The notes: generated by a model not told the origin, from the sequence alone. A stretch of DNA of 64,000 nucleotides from Chthoniobacterales bacterium (GCA_044236545.1 JBIIGI010000001.1:8557-72556); one strand, 5' to 3'; shown: positions 47,589-56,678, counted from the first letter of the stretch. Translations and numbers: made by a program.

Positions 47589-48935
47589 TTAAGCCCCGGC
47601 TTTCGCAATACCCTTGGAGAAACGCGCAAGGGTGCGTTCCTTGCCGAGGATCTCCAGCATCTCGTAAAGGCCGGGTCCGATGCCTCGCCCGCTGGCGGCA
47701 ACGCGGGCCGGATGGACGAGCTCGCCTGTTTTGATAGCGAGTTTTGCGGCCGTCTCCTTGAGGCTGGCCTCGAGTGAAGCGCAGTCCCAAGAGCTTGCGG
47801 GCAGCGCGGCATACGCTTCGGAAAGGGCCTTCAGGCGCTCGGCTGCGGCGGGGCCGGTGAGAGACTTGGCCACGGAGGCCTCGTCATAGGAAAACTCCTC
47901 GGTAAAGAAACAGGCAACCCATTCGGGGAGATCCTTCATCATCTTGATTTTGGGCTTCACAATCGAGAGGACCTTCTCGAGGGATTCCCAGGTCGGCCAG
48001 GTGATGCCGGCCTTCTCAAGGAATGGGATGGCCAGTTCGGCGTACCGGGCCAGGTCCATGGCGAGGAGATACTGGCCGTTGATCCAGAAACATTTGTCGA
48101 GGTCGAAGGCCGCATTGCGGCGGTTGATCTGGTTGAGTTCAAACAGGGCGACGACTTCCTCCGTGCTGATGATCTCACGATTTTCCTTGGGGGACCATCC
48201 GAGCAGGCTGAGATAGTTGCGGACCGCCTCCGGCGCATACCCGGCCTCGGGGTAGGTTCCCAGAGCCGCACCCTCGTCGCGCTTGCTCATCTTGCTACCG
48301 TCGCGGTTGAGGATGAGCGGCATGTGGGCGAAGCGGGGAGGCTCCGCACCGAGGGCCCGGTAGAGCTCGATGTGCTTGGGGGTGTTGGAGAGATGATCCT
48401 CTCCGCGGATCACGTGGGAGATCTTCATCTCGATGTCATCGACGACACTGACGAAGTGGAAGATCCAGGATCCGTCCGGACGGCGGAGCGTGAGGTCGGG
48501 ATGGGTGCCTGGATTGGTCAGGTCGAATTCGATTTTTCCGCAGATCTCGTCGTCGACGATCACCTTCTCGCGGGGGGAGCGGAATCGGATCGCGCCGTTG
48601 TCCTCGTAGAGATGCCCGGCTTTCTCGAGGCGTGAGAGATACTCCTCGTAGATCGCCCCCCGTTCGCTCTGGTAGTAGGGGCCGTGGTTGCCGCCCTTCT
48701 GCGGTCCCTCGTCCCAGTCGAGGCCCAGCCAGTGGAGCCCGTCGAGGATGAGCTTCTTGGCCTCCTCAGTGTTGCGGCTGTGGTCGGTGTCCTCGATGCG
48801 GAGGACAAACGTTCCGGCGTTCTTGCGGGCGTAGATCCAGTTGAAAAGAGCGGTGCGGGCCCCACCGACATGGAGGAGGCCGGTGGGTGACGGGGCGAAT
48901 CGTGTGCGGACGGACATCCCTGCATGAGAATTCAT
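47589..48935 (-). CDS. gltX: glutamate--tRNA ligase
   Basis: RTRFAPSPTGLLHVGGARTALFN (HIGH region) and KMSKR. Start at 48935 or 48917. Confidence 0.9.
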   Translation of the reverse strand: MNSHAGMSVRTRFAPSPTGLLHVGGARTALFNWIYARKNAGTFVLRIEDTDHSRNTEEAKKLILDGLHWLGLDWDEGPQKGGNHGPYYQSERGAIYEEYLSRLEKAGHLYEDNGAIRFRSPREKVIVDDEICGKIEFDLTNPGTHPDLTLRRPDGSWIFHFVSVVDDIEMKISHVIRGEDHLSNTPKHIELYRALGAEPPRFAHMPLILNRDGSKMSKRDEGAALGTYPEAGYAPEAVRNYLSLLGWSPKENREIISTEEVVALFELNQINRRNAAFDLDKCFWINGQYLLAMDLARYAELAIPFLEKAGITWPTWESLEKVLSIVKPKIKMMKDLPEWVACFFTEEFSYDEASVAKSLTGPAAAERLKALSEAYAALPASSWDCASLEASLKETAAKLAIKTGELVHPARVAASGRGIGPGLYEMLEILGKERTLARFSKGIAKAGA

Positions 48936-48997
48936 TTACGGAGCCAACTCAAGCGCGTAGGGTCGTATGGACAACAAAACATTGATTTTTTGATCCC

Positions 48998-49471
48998 ATG
49001 ACACTCTCCGAACGCATCGACCACGACCTCAAAGAAGCCATGAAAGCCCGTGATGCCGCCAAGCTCGGCACGCTTCGCATGGTGAAGAGCGCCCTCAAGT
49101 ACGCCGCCATCGAGAAGAGCGGCGCCGACGCTGTCGTGGATGACGAGGTTGCCACATCCGTGCTGCGCAAGCAGATCAAGCAGCGGGAGGATGCGGCCGC
49201 CGGATTCGAGCAGGGAGGCCGTCCCGAGATGGCCGAAAAGGAGATGGCCGAAATCGCCGTCCTTGCCGCCTACCTCCCGGCTCCCCTTTCGACTGAGGAA
49301 CTTGCCGCGATTGTCCGTGACGCGATTGCCGAAGTCGGAGCTTCCTTGGGAACACCAGGAGGTGTTGCCAAGGCCCAGATGGGTGCTGTCATGAAGGCCG
49401 CTCAGGCCAAGGCCTCCGGACGCGCCGACGGCAAGAGTCTCAGCGCCGAGGTTCAGAGGCAGCTTTCCTGA
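48998..49471 (+). CDS. GatB/YqeY domain-containing protein
   Basis: L.ERI..DLKEAMKARD..KL.TLRM..SALK N-terminus is typical of YqeY. Confidence 0.8.
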   Translation: MTLSERIDHDLKEAMKARDAAKLGTLRMVKSALKYAAIEKSGADAVVDDEVATSVLRKQIKQREDAAAGFEQGGRPEMAEKEMAEIAVLAAYLPAPLSTEELAAIVRDAIAEVGASLGTPGGVAKAQMGAVMKAAQAKASGRADGKSLSAEVQRQLS

Positions 49472-49503
49472 TCCCGGGGGACTCTTCCCCTTCCTCTTTA
49501 CGC

Positions 49504-50226
49504 ATGACACGCTCCGTGCTTCCCGCCTCCGCTGCAGTGATCGTGGGCGGCGGATCAGGTAGCCGTTTCGGCGGGGATAAGCTTAAGGTGTCGCTGGCCG
49601 GCAAGCATTTGATCGCCCACACGCTCTCCGCCTTTGAAGGGACAGCCGCTATTTCCGCAATTGTTCTGGTCGTTCCCCCCGGGAGGGAGGAAGAGTTCCG
49701 CACGATCGCGAGCGATGAGGGGATCTCGAAACTGACCTCCGTGATTCCGGGAGGAGAGTATCGCCATGAATCGGTTCGCCGCGGCCTGGAAGCGCTTCCA
49801 CCCGAGGTTGAACTCGTCGCGATTCACGACGCGGCGAGGCCCCTGATCACTCCCGATCTCATTACCGGCTGCCTTGAGATGGCGGCCAAGGAGGGGGCTT
49901 CCGCCTTGGCCGTGCCCGTAACCGACACCCTGCATCGGATCGATGCATCAGGATGCGCGGCTGCCTCTGTCGATCGCTCCACGCTACGGGCGATGCAGAC
50001 ACCCCAGGTATTTTGGGCTGCAGAGATCAGGGATCTTCTTGCCGCCATGTCAGGCAACCCTACAGATGAGGTAACGGTTGCCATGGCCGCAGGGAAGAAG
50101 GTTTCCTTGCTCGAGCATCACGAACCGAACCTCAAGGTCACCTGGCCCCAGGATGTCGTCATGGCCGAGGCCCTGCTCCGGGCAAGGGGAGGAAGAGGGA
50201 AAGGCAAAATGAAAAATGAAGAATAA
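49504..50226 (+). CDS. ispD: 2-C-methyl-D-erythritol 4-phosphate cytidylyltransferase
   Basis: AVIVGGGSGSRFGGDK...IHDAARP...MQTPQVF motifs. Confidence 0.85.
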   Translation: MTRSVLPASAAVIVGGGSGSRFGGDKLKVSLAGKHLIAHTLSAFEGTAAISAIVLVVPPGREEEFRTIASDEGISKLTSVIPGGEYRHESVRRGLEALPPEVELVAIHDAARPLITPDLITGCLEMAAKEGASALAVPVTDTLHRIDASGCAAASVDRSTLRAMQTPQVFWAAEIRDLLAAMSGNPTDEVTVAMAAGKKVSLLEHHEPNLKVTWPQDVVMAEALLRARGGRGKGKMKNEE

Positions 50227-50395
50227 GGAAAAGTTTCACGCAGCCGTAACAAATCAGCGACTGGCGGGAGCTGATAGGACTGCGAAGCAGCCCCGTCGGG
50301 GGCGAATGGCTTGGGAAAGCCCGAGTTCAAATACGAAGCAACGGCCGGGCAAGCAAACGCAGATGCGCGGAGTAAATGCAGGTAGTATCATTCCG

Positions 50396-51664
50396 ATGAA
50401 TCCCCAAGTTTCGACCCTTCCCAACGGGCTTCGCGTCGCCACCTGCGCGATGCCGGCCTCGCAGACCGTTGCCGTCGGCGTCTGGTGCGGCATCGGTGCA
50501 CGCCATGAATCCGCCCGAGTCGGGGGAATCTCCCATTTCCTCGAGCATCTTCTCTTCAAGGGGACGAAGAAGCGCACTGCCCGTCGGATCAGCGAGGAGA
50601 TCGAGGGGGTGGGGGGTGACTTGAACGCCTACACCGCCGAGGAGCGCACCTGCTACTATGCGGCGGCCTCCGCCGATCATCTCCAACGCGTCACCGAGGT
50701 CCTCTCGGACATGTACTGCAATTCGCTTCTCAAGAGTGCTGAGGTGGAAAGGGAGCGGGGGGTGATCGTCGAGGAAATCGAGATGATCCGCGACGAACCG
50801 GCCCAGCATGTCCAGGAACTCCTGACCGCCGAGACATGGAAGGGAGCATCCCTTGCCCGGCCGATCACCGGCACCAAGCAGAGTCTCTCCTCCATCAGCC
50901 GTACCGATCTGCTCACTCATCTGAAGTCCCATTACCATGCCGGGAGCACGATTCTGACTGCTGCTGGAGCGGTCGAGCATGAGGAGGTGATGGAGCTTGC
51001 CAAGAGGTTCCTCGGCAGGTTGCCGAAAGGATCATCTCCCCGCCGCCTGCAGCCTCCCGCTCGCCAGATATCCCCCAGGATCGTCATCGAGGAAAGGGAG
51101 TCCCAGCAGACCCAGCTCGCGCTCTCATTCCGCGGTGTGGGGGCCAAGGATCCCCGACGCTACGCGGTCTCCCTGCTTCATGTCCTGCTCGGCGGAAACA
51201 TGAGTTCCCGTCTCTTCCAGGAGCTGCGGGAGAAGCGTGGCCTCTGCTACTCCGTCAGCACCTCACTCTCCACTCATTCCGACTGCGGAGCCTTTGAAGT
51301 CGCGCTCGGACTGGACGGGGAGAATGTGGCGAAGGCGCTCGGTTTGATTCTCAAGGAATGCGATCGGATCGCATCGAAGGGTCCCTCGGTTGCCGAACTG
51401 AAGCGTGCCTGCGATTACTCGATCGGAACCAGTCGGATGGCTCTGGAGCGTGCCGCGACGCAGAACTACCGACTAGGCACCTCCCTCCTGACCTACGGGA
51501 TGATCATCCCCCCCGAGCAGGTCTACGAGCGTCTGGCGAAGGTGACTCCCGAGGAGATCCGCAAGGCCGCCTCCCAAGTCCTCAACTGCCGGACCCTCTG
51601 TCTTGCGATGGTCGGCCCCGGGCCGAAGATGGAGCATCTTCTGAGGTTAATTCGGGGAAACTAA
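50396..51664 (+). CDS. M16 family (pitrilysin-like) zinc metallopeptidase
   Basis: ATG 50396 lies within track ORF 50216-51664. Inverted zinc motif HFLEH followed by LFKGT. About 422 aa. Confidence 0.8.
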   Translation: MNPQVSTLPNGLRVATCAMPASQTVAVGVWCGIGARHESARVGGISHFLEHLLFKGTKKRTARRISEEIEGVGGDLNAYTAEERTCYYAAASADHLQRVTEVLSDMYCNSLLKSAEVERERGVIVEEIEMIRDEPAQHVQELLTAETWKGASLARPITGTKQSLSSISRTDLLTHLKSHYHAGSTILTAAGAVEHEEVMELAKRFLGRLPKGSSPRRLQPPARQISPRIVIEERESQQTQLALSFRGVGAKDPRRYAVSLLHVLLGGNMSSRLFQELREKRGLCYSVSTSLSTHSDCGAFEVALGLDGENVAKALGLILKECDRIASKGPSVAELKRACDYSIGTSRMALERAATQNYRLGTSLLTYGMIIPPEQVYERLAKVTPEEIRKAASQVLNCRTLCLAMVGPGPKMEHLLRLIRGN

Positions 51665-51737
51665 CCACTCTGGAATATCTTCTCGCGGAGTTGCTGACGT
51701 AAAACGAATACTGAAGCCCTGGCTAAGCGTGGGGCTC

Positions 51738-52076
51738 TTAGCCCGGCGGCCATTTCATGGGACGTCCGCCGAGCACATGGACGTGAAGGTGAGGGACCGT
51801 CTCGCCTCCATCCGTGCCGTTGTTGATCACGATGCGGTAGCCTGAGTCGCCTAGTCCCTCCTGACGGGCAGTAGCGGCGGCGGCGGCGAGGAGTGTGCCG
51901 AGGAGTTCGGCATCGGACGCTGTGGCCTCGTTGATGCGCGTGATGCACTGCTTCGGAACGACGAGAAAATGAACCGGTGCCTGTGGAGCGATGTCACGGA
52001 AGGCAATCCATTCCATCCCCTCGGCGATGATCTCGGCAGGGATCTGGCGGGCGGCGATTTTCTCAAAGAGGGTCAT
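51738..52076 (-). CDS. HIT family (HinT-like) nucleotide hydrolase
   Basis: ATG 52076 lies within track ORF 51738-52268. MTLFEKIAARQIPAE..., histidine triad HLHVHVLGG. Confidence 0.85.
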   Translation of the reverse strand: MTLFEKIAARQIPAEIIAEGMEWIAFRDIAPQAPVHFLVVPKQCITRINEATASDAELLGTLLAAAAATARQEGLGDSGYRIVINNGTDGGETVPHLHVHVLGGRPMKWPPG

Positions 52077-52641
52077 GGGGGAGGGGCGAGTTAAAAGGTT
52101 GGAACGTGAAAAATTAAAGCCAAAAATTGCATTTGGAACCCAAAGGTCCGGGAAAGGGGAGTTAAAATGGTTAGAAACGTTACAACCAAGGCTCTGGGAA
52201 GAGTCGCGGAAGACTACCGAAGGTAGCCCTGAAAGGGCGCCACGGGATCCGGGAGGATGTGGCGTCAATGTTACAAGGTGGATCCGGAAACCCCTGAGCC
52301 TGAATTCGAGAAGGCGCCATCAAGAAGTTTGCTGATCATGGCTCGGCTCGGAGAGTGAAATGAGTGCCTGCTGTCAGAACGTTGTAACGTTTCAACCCTG
52401 TAACGGTTTTAACCATCCGACGACTCACCATCCGGGTGAACCATCCAGATCTGTCGCAACCTCCTTATCGCATAATCTGGGTTAAAAAGTTGATAGAGTG
52501 AATGACAGTTGCCCCTCTCTGCTATTTTTTTGATCCGCACTATCGGACTTCAGAAAGGGGCTCCCTTTCTTTCCCTTGTAACATTTTAGGATTTTAACTT
52601 TTCAACATCAATCAGGCAGGGGCTTGTGGACCTGCCGAGCC

Positions 52642-53208
52642 TCAGCTCAGTTGGATTTCGAGTGGTTCGCCGGGGCGCGACCCTCCGGCGATCTGACCGT
52701 ATTGGCGGATGAATCCGACAATCTCGTCCCGGAGGCCGGCGCGTTTATGGCTCCTTGCACGGCGGGTCAGGAGGCGCAGGCAGTCAGCCAGATCACGGAT
52801 TTCCAGCCGTGCGGCGTGCGAGCCTGCAACACGCTCCAGACGGGATCCTAGCAACCCGAAGAATGCTAGCTCGTAACCATCCCCCGCTTCCCTTGCAAGG
52901 TCGGTCAGGGAGAGCCTGACCGGAGGATCGGGGAGACGGAAATGTCCGGCGACATCGTGGAAGCCCAGCGACTCGAGCACCTCGAGCACGGCTTCCTGGA
53001 GTTTTTTCACCTCGACGTTGTTCTGGGTAAAGTCGCGGCGGAGATAGAGAGAGACACTCTCGGCGATGTGCTCGGCAAGCCACCAGCGATGGTAGCCCGC
53101 ATGTTCGGCCGCGTTTTTAAGTGCCGAGGTGATCCACTGCTTTTCGAAGCGGGTGTTTTTCCCGTCGGGAAGCGAGACCAGCGGCATTCCGTCAAGCAGG
53201 GCGATCAT
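52642..53208 (-). CDS. hypothetical protein translationally coupled to nrdR, with a possible degenerate ATP-cone-like N-terminal half
   Basis: 188-aa ORF whose ATG overlaps the nrdR stop (ATGA at 53205-53208). Normal local GC. No domain recognised with certainty. Confidence 0.5.
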   Translation of the reverse strand: MIALLDGMPLVSLPDGKNTRFEKQWITSALKNAAEHAGYHRWWLAEHIAESVSLYLRRDFTQNNVEVKKLQEAVLEVLESLGFHDVAGHFRLPDPPVRLSLTDLAREAGDGYELAFFGLLGSRLERVAGSHAARLEIRDLADCLRLLTRRARSHKRAGLRDEIVGFIRQYGQIAGGSRPGEPLEIQLS

Positions 53209-53702
53209 GGGGTCTTCTGGAAGAGTTCCTTCTGGTTTTCGGACGAGGGGGCGCGGCGCTCCAGAGACTGGATCTCCTCGATGAACTCGCCTATGTCCTC
53301 AAACCTCCGGTAGACGGAGGCAAAGCGGACATAGGCGACCGGATCGACGGCGTGGAGGCGTTCCATGACCTTGGCACCGATGGCCTTGGTGGAGATCTCA
53401 CGCTCCTGGCCGGATTCCAAATCCATGATGATAGCGTTGACCGACTCCTCCATGACTTCGATGGAGATGGGGCGCTTTTCGCAGGCCTTGATGAAGCTCG
53501 AGAGTAGTTTCTGCCGGTCGAAGGGTTCGCGTCTGTTGTCGCGCTTCACGGCAAGGAGTTCCACGCGTTCGATCTGCTCGTATGTGGTGAAACGGCTCTC
53601 GCAGCCGAGGCATTCCCGCCTGCGGCGGATGCTGGTGCCGTCCTTGGACAAGCGTGAGTCGATCACCTTGTCGTCGATGGAGGAACACTTGGGGCAAAGC
53701 AT
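53205..53702 (-). CDS. nrdR: transcriptional repressor NrdR
   Basis: Zinc ribbon MLCPKCSS...CLGCESRFTTYE followed by an ATP-cone (VKRDNRREPFDRQKL...VAYVRFASVYRRF). Confidence 0.9.
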   Translation of the reverse strand: MLCPKCSSIDDKVIDSRLSKDGTSIRRRRECLGCESRFTTYEQIERVELLAVKRDNRREPFDRQKLLSSFIKACEKRPISIEVMEESVNAIIMDLESGQEREISTKAIGAKVMERLHAVDPVAYVRFASVYRRFEDIGEFIEEIQSLERRAPSSENQKELFQKTP

Positions 53703-53732
53703 TGTGTGAGTCCGTATCCTTAGAAGGACTTC

Positions 53733-53750
53733 ACCACAAGATCTTGTGGT
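53733..53750. promoter_or_regulatory. NrdR-box-like perfect palindrome upstream of nrdR (candidate autoregulatory operator)
   Basis: ACCACAAGATCTTGTGGT is a perfect 18-bp palindrome lying 31 nt upstream of the nrdR ATG. Its core CCACAAGATCTTGTGG matches 12 of 16 positions of the published NrdR-box consensus acaCwAtATaTwGtgt. Confidence 0.5.
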
Positions 53751-53921
53751 CGGGAAGAAAAATCATCCCATAAATCTCCCGCAGAGGCGCAGGGGCGCGG
53801 AGGGGAAGAAACCAAAACAATCAGGGTGATGTCGCACGACGAGCGTAAAGATCCGCCATTTTGGATGCCCCTTTAAATCCCAGCGCCTCTACGGAAAAAA
53901 TTCACCCGTGGGAATCCCCTC

Positions 53922-54656
53922 TCAAATCTTATGCATCTTCTGAAAGAGGCTTCCTTGCCGGCGGGAGAAGGTGACGGTGCGGTTGCCGGTCAGTTCTGCC
54001 AGAAGTCGGCCCGAAGAGTCCTGTTTCAGGGAGAGGAGGGATCTCAGGTTGATGAGGCTTTGCCGCGATGATCGGAAGAACATCTTCGGATCAAGTTGTT
54101 CCTCCATGTGTGAGATCGTCCTGTCGATGCGTCCCGAGTTTCCGTTCCAGTGAACGAGTGTTCCCTTGTCCGTAGCCTCGATCAATTCGATCTGCTCCAC
54201 GGGGAGCAGAAGACATTCCCCTTCGACCTTGAGGAGGATCGAGTCGCCCTCGGTGAAATCGGGTTCCTCGTTTGCTGAAGTCCCGATGCGTGAAAGTGCC
54301 TTGGCAAGGCGCTTTTCGTCGAACGGCTTGAGCAGGTAGTCGAGCGCCTCCACCGAGTAGGCCTGCACGGCGAACTGCTCGTGGGCAGTCGTGAAGATGA
54401 GCGGGGGGCTCTCCTTGCCGAGTTGGGAGAGGAGATCAAAGCCGCTCCCTCCAGGCATCTGGATATCGAGCAGGAGAAGGTCCGGCATTGCCCTTTTGAT
54501 TTCCTTGAGTGCCTCGCTTGCCGATCCCGCCTCCCGAAGTGTCGCCTCGGGAGCAATGGCGCGGAGCATTCTCGTCAACTCGGCGCGCGCCGGCTGCTCG
54601 TCATCCACGATCAGGATGTCCCATGCATGTCCTTTAGCAGTCCTCATGATGCTCAA
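53922..54656 (-). CDS. LytR/AlgR family response regulator (REC + LytTR DNA-binding domain)
   Basis: ILIVDDEQPARAEL...LLLLDIQMPGGSGFDL receiver domain. C-terminal LytTR block (FFRSSRQSLINLRSL). Confidence 0.85.
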   Translation of the reverse strand: MSIMRTAKGHAWDILIVDDEQPARAELTRMLRAIAPEATLREAGSASEALKEIKRAMPDLLLLDIQMPGGSGFDLLSQLGKESPPLIFTTAHEQFAVQAYSVEALDYLLKPFDEKRLAKALSRIGTSANEEPDFTEGDSILLKVEGECLLLPVEQIELIEATDKGTLVHWNGNSGRIDRTISHMEEQLDPKMFFRSSRQSLINLRSLLSLKQDSSGRLLAELTGNRTVTFSRRQGSLFQKMHKI

Positions 54657-54716
54657 GCGTTAACACACTTTCCCGATTTGGAAAGCATCGATCGGGCGCA
54701 CGATCCGCCCGGGGGT

Positions 54717-56645
54717 TCAGGCCTCTTGGAACCTTGAGTTCCCTGAATTTCCTGAAACTTCTGAAATTCCCGAAGCCTCCGATGGGGGAATGGGGATCCT
54801 GATCACGGCCAGAACAAGGTCATGGGTTTCTTGGGTGATCGTGAAGGAGGCGGACGTCCCGTAGAGCGCGTCCAACTGCTCCCGGATACTACTTAGGCCG
54901 AGCCCCTCGGGGGAAGATTGGCGGAGCCGTCCGGTGTTGGAGACGCTGAGTCTGAGATCGCCGCTGTTCCCGTCCCGTTCGGCGCGGATCGCAAGAAAGC
55001 ACTTCTCCTCGATCGCATCTACACCGTGCTTGAAGGCGTTCTCGACGAGTTGGTGAAAGAGCATGGGAGGCACCATGAGATGATCGACGTGGGGACCGAT
55101 CGTGACCGATAGGGAGAGGTGATCGCCGTAACGGATTGCCTGAAGATCGAGGTAGGAACGGATCACCTTCATCTCCTCACTTAGGGGAATCAGGGTGCTC
55201 CGTGTGATCCGTAAGCTGGAGCGGAGCAGTTCCGAGAGGCTGACGACCGCCTCCCTGCACTTGGCGGCATCCACGCTGATGAGTGCCTTGATGACATTCA
55301 GGCTGTTGAAGAGAAAGTGCGAATTGAGTTGGGAGCGGATGCTACGGATCTCCATCTCCTTCTGCGCGATCATGAGGCGATCGAAAGTCGCGCGTCTTTC
55401 GGCCGTGACATCGCGGATCGTCCCGAGGAGAGAGGTGGGGAGGCCCTTCGTATCCGTTTTGACGATAAGACCCGTTACCTCGAATACCGCCCCGGGGTGA
55501 CCATTGCTGATGGAGATATCTCCGGAGAGGTACCTTCCAGACTCCATTCCCTCCCTGAGTTGGTTCCAAGGGAGATGGCACATCTGGCCTGGTTCGACCA
55601 GCAGGCCCCAGTTATCGGGAAGGATCGGGGGGAATCCGAGGTGCTCCACTTCACCCCTCTGCTGTGGCTTGATGATCCCGAGATTCTTCCATCCGCTTTC
55701 CTTCATCCATTCCCAATACCCCAGCCCGGCGGTGAGCGTGGAGAGGCGTTTTTTCAGGTGTCCGTGGGAGCGGGCGTCCTCGACGGAGGCCATCACAAGA
55801 TTGGTTGTCGTGATCACCAAGATGTAGACAGTGAGGTGACCGTACGTCTCGAGGGGATTCGGGTACACAAAGGGGCCTCTCCCCATCACGGTGAATCCCA
55901 TGGAGATCGTGGTGACGAGCGCCGCCGCAAGCGCGGTTCCGGGAATCCCAAGGGAAAGAGCTGTCCAGAGGAGTATCGGAAAGGGGAGAAAGGCGAGGGG
56001 GAAGCTTATCTCCGAGTGCATGTTTTGCTGAAAGGCAATGCTCACGACGGCCACCGAAGCGCCCGTGATGAGTGTCCACTTAAGGGGAGTCATTCCTTTT
56101 GGAATGAAGGAAAGTCCTTTTCCAAGAGCTAGGACGATGGGGGTGAAAACGATGATGCCCAGAGCGTTGCCGACCCAGAAAAGCAGGATGGTGATGGGGA
56201 TGGTCTCCTGCTTCAGCGATCCCATGGCCACCAGAGTGGCCGTGCAAAGAAGCGCATTGAGAAATGGGCCCACCGTGGCACCCACCGTGATCAGATTCCT
56301 GATGTCACGGAGATCCCCCATGCGTGGAGAGAATCTCAGGAGACGGATCAGCAGGAACCACCCGAGGAGCGACTCCATCGTGTTGCCCAGTGATCCGGCG
56401 ATGGAAAAGGTCAGGTTGTTACCGAAGGTCTGGGTTGCGGCGATGGTGCCGAACGTGATCGCCGGAAACAGGCGCCACCCACGCAGCAGAAGCAGGGCCA
56501 GGGCAAGTCCGCTGGAGGGCCAGAGAGGTGCGGACGGGGTGTCTGAGACCTTGTAGAACTCCTGCCCCATCATGCACAGGACATAGATCCCTATGGCACC
56601 AAGGAGGCATTCCCGCGCATTGCGCCAACTTAGGAAGGAGATCAT
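54717..56645 (-). CDS. sensor histidine kinase: MASE1-like membrane domain + LytS-type His_kinase + HATPase
   Basis: N-terminal polytopic domain with the PLWPSSGLALALLLLRGWRLFP block (MASE1-like). HFLFNSLNVI (LytS/YehU-type phosphoacceptor region). HATPase N/G boxes (LVENAFKHG; VSNTG). 60 nt upstream of the LytTR regulator. Confidence 0.8.
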   Translation of the reverse strand: MISFLSWRNARECLLGAIGIYVLCMMGQEFYKVSDTPSAPLWPSSGLALALLLLRGWRLFPAITFGTIAATQTFGNNLTFSIAGSLGNTMESLLGWFLLIRLLRFSPRMGDLRDIRNLITVGATVGPFLNALLCTATLVAMGSLKQETIPITILLFWVGNALGIIVFTPIVLALGKGLSFIPKGMTPLKWTLITGASVAVVSIAFQQNMHSEISFPLAFLPFPILLWTALSLGIPGTALAAALVTTISMGFTVMGRGPFVYPNPLETYGHLTVYILVITTTNLVMASVEDARSHGHLKKRLSTLTAGLGYWEWMKESGWKNLGIIKPQQRGEVEHLGFPPILPDNWGLLVEPGQMCHLPWNQLREGMESGRYLSGDISISNGHPGAVFEVTGLIVKTDTKGLPTSLLGTIRDVTAERRATFDRLMIAQKEMEIRSIRSQLNSHFLFNSLNVIKALISVDAAKCREAVVSLSELLRSSLRITRSTLIPLSEEMKVIRSYLDLQAIRYGDHLSLSVTIGPHVDHLMVPPMLFHQLVENAFKHGVDAIEEKCFLAIRAERDGNSGDLRLSVSNTGRLRQSSPEGLGLSSIREQLDALYGTSASFTITQETHDLVLAVIRIPIPPSEASGISEVSGNSGNSRFQEA

Positions 56646-56649
56646 ATCA

Positions 56650-56678
56650 CCCCCCCCTCTCTCTCTCTCTCTCTCTCT
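56650..56678. repeat. simple-sequence repeat: C8 run fused to (CT)11, read as (AG)11-G8 on the gene strand, 4 nt upstream of the histidine-kinase ATG
   Basis: Counted directly: C at 56650-56657 and CT units from 56657 to 56678. The kinase start codon is at 56645-56643. Confidence 0.95.

Noticed and set aside
52077-52641. RNase P RNA, tmRNA, SRP RNA or 6S RNA in the long spacer
   Set aside because: I searched both strands by eye for GGAAAGTCCGGGC / ACAGAACCCGGCTTA (RNase P), a tRNA-like 3' end with GGTTCGA.TCC...CCACCA (tmRNA) and GGAAGCAGCC (SRP), and none is present. 6S RNA cannot be excluded by eye, so the region is kept only as an unassigned candidate.
53690-53707. Second NrdR box overlapping the nrdR start codon (…cattgtgtg…), or one about 31 bp upstream of the palindrome
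   Set aside because: Only one half-site (TTGTGT) is present and the other half does not match. Nothing box-like occurs at the expected tandem spacing.
53894-53916. Weak hairpin plus T6 on the minus strand, just after the response-regulator stop, as an intrinsic terminator
   Set aside because: The stem has only about 5 paired positions with mismatches, which is too weak to call.
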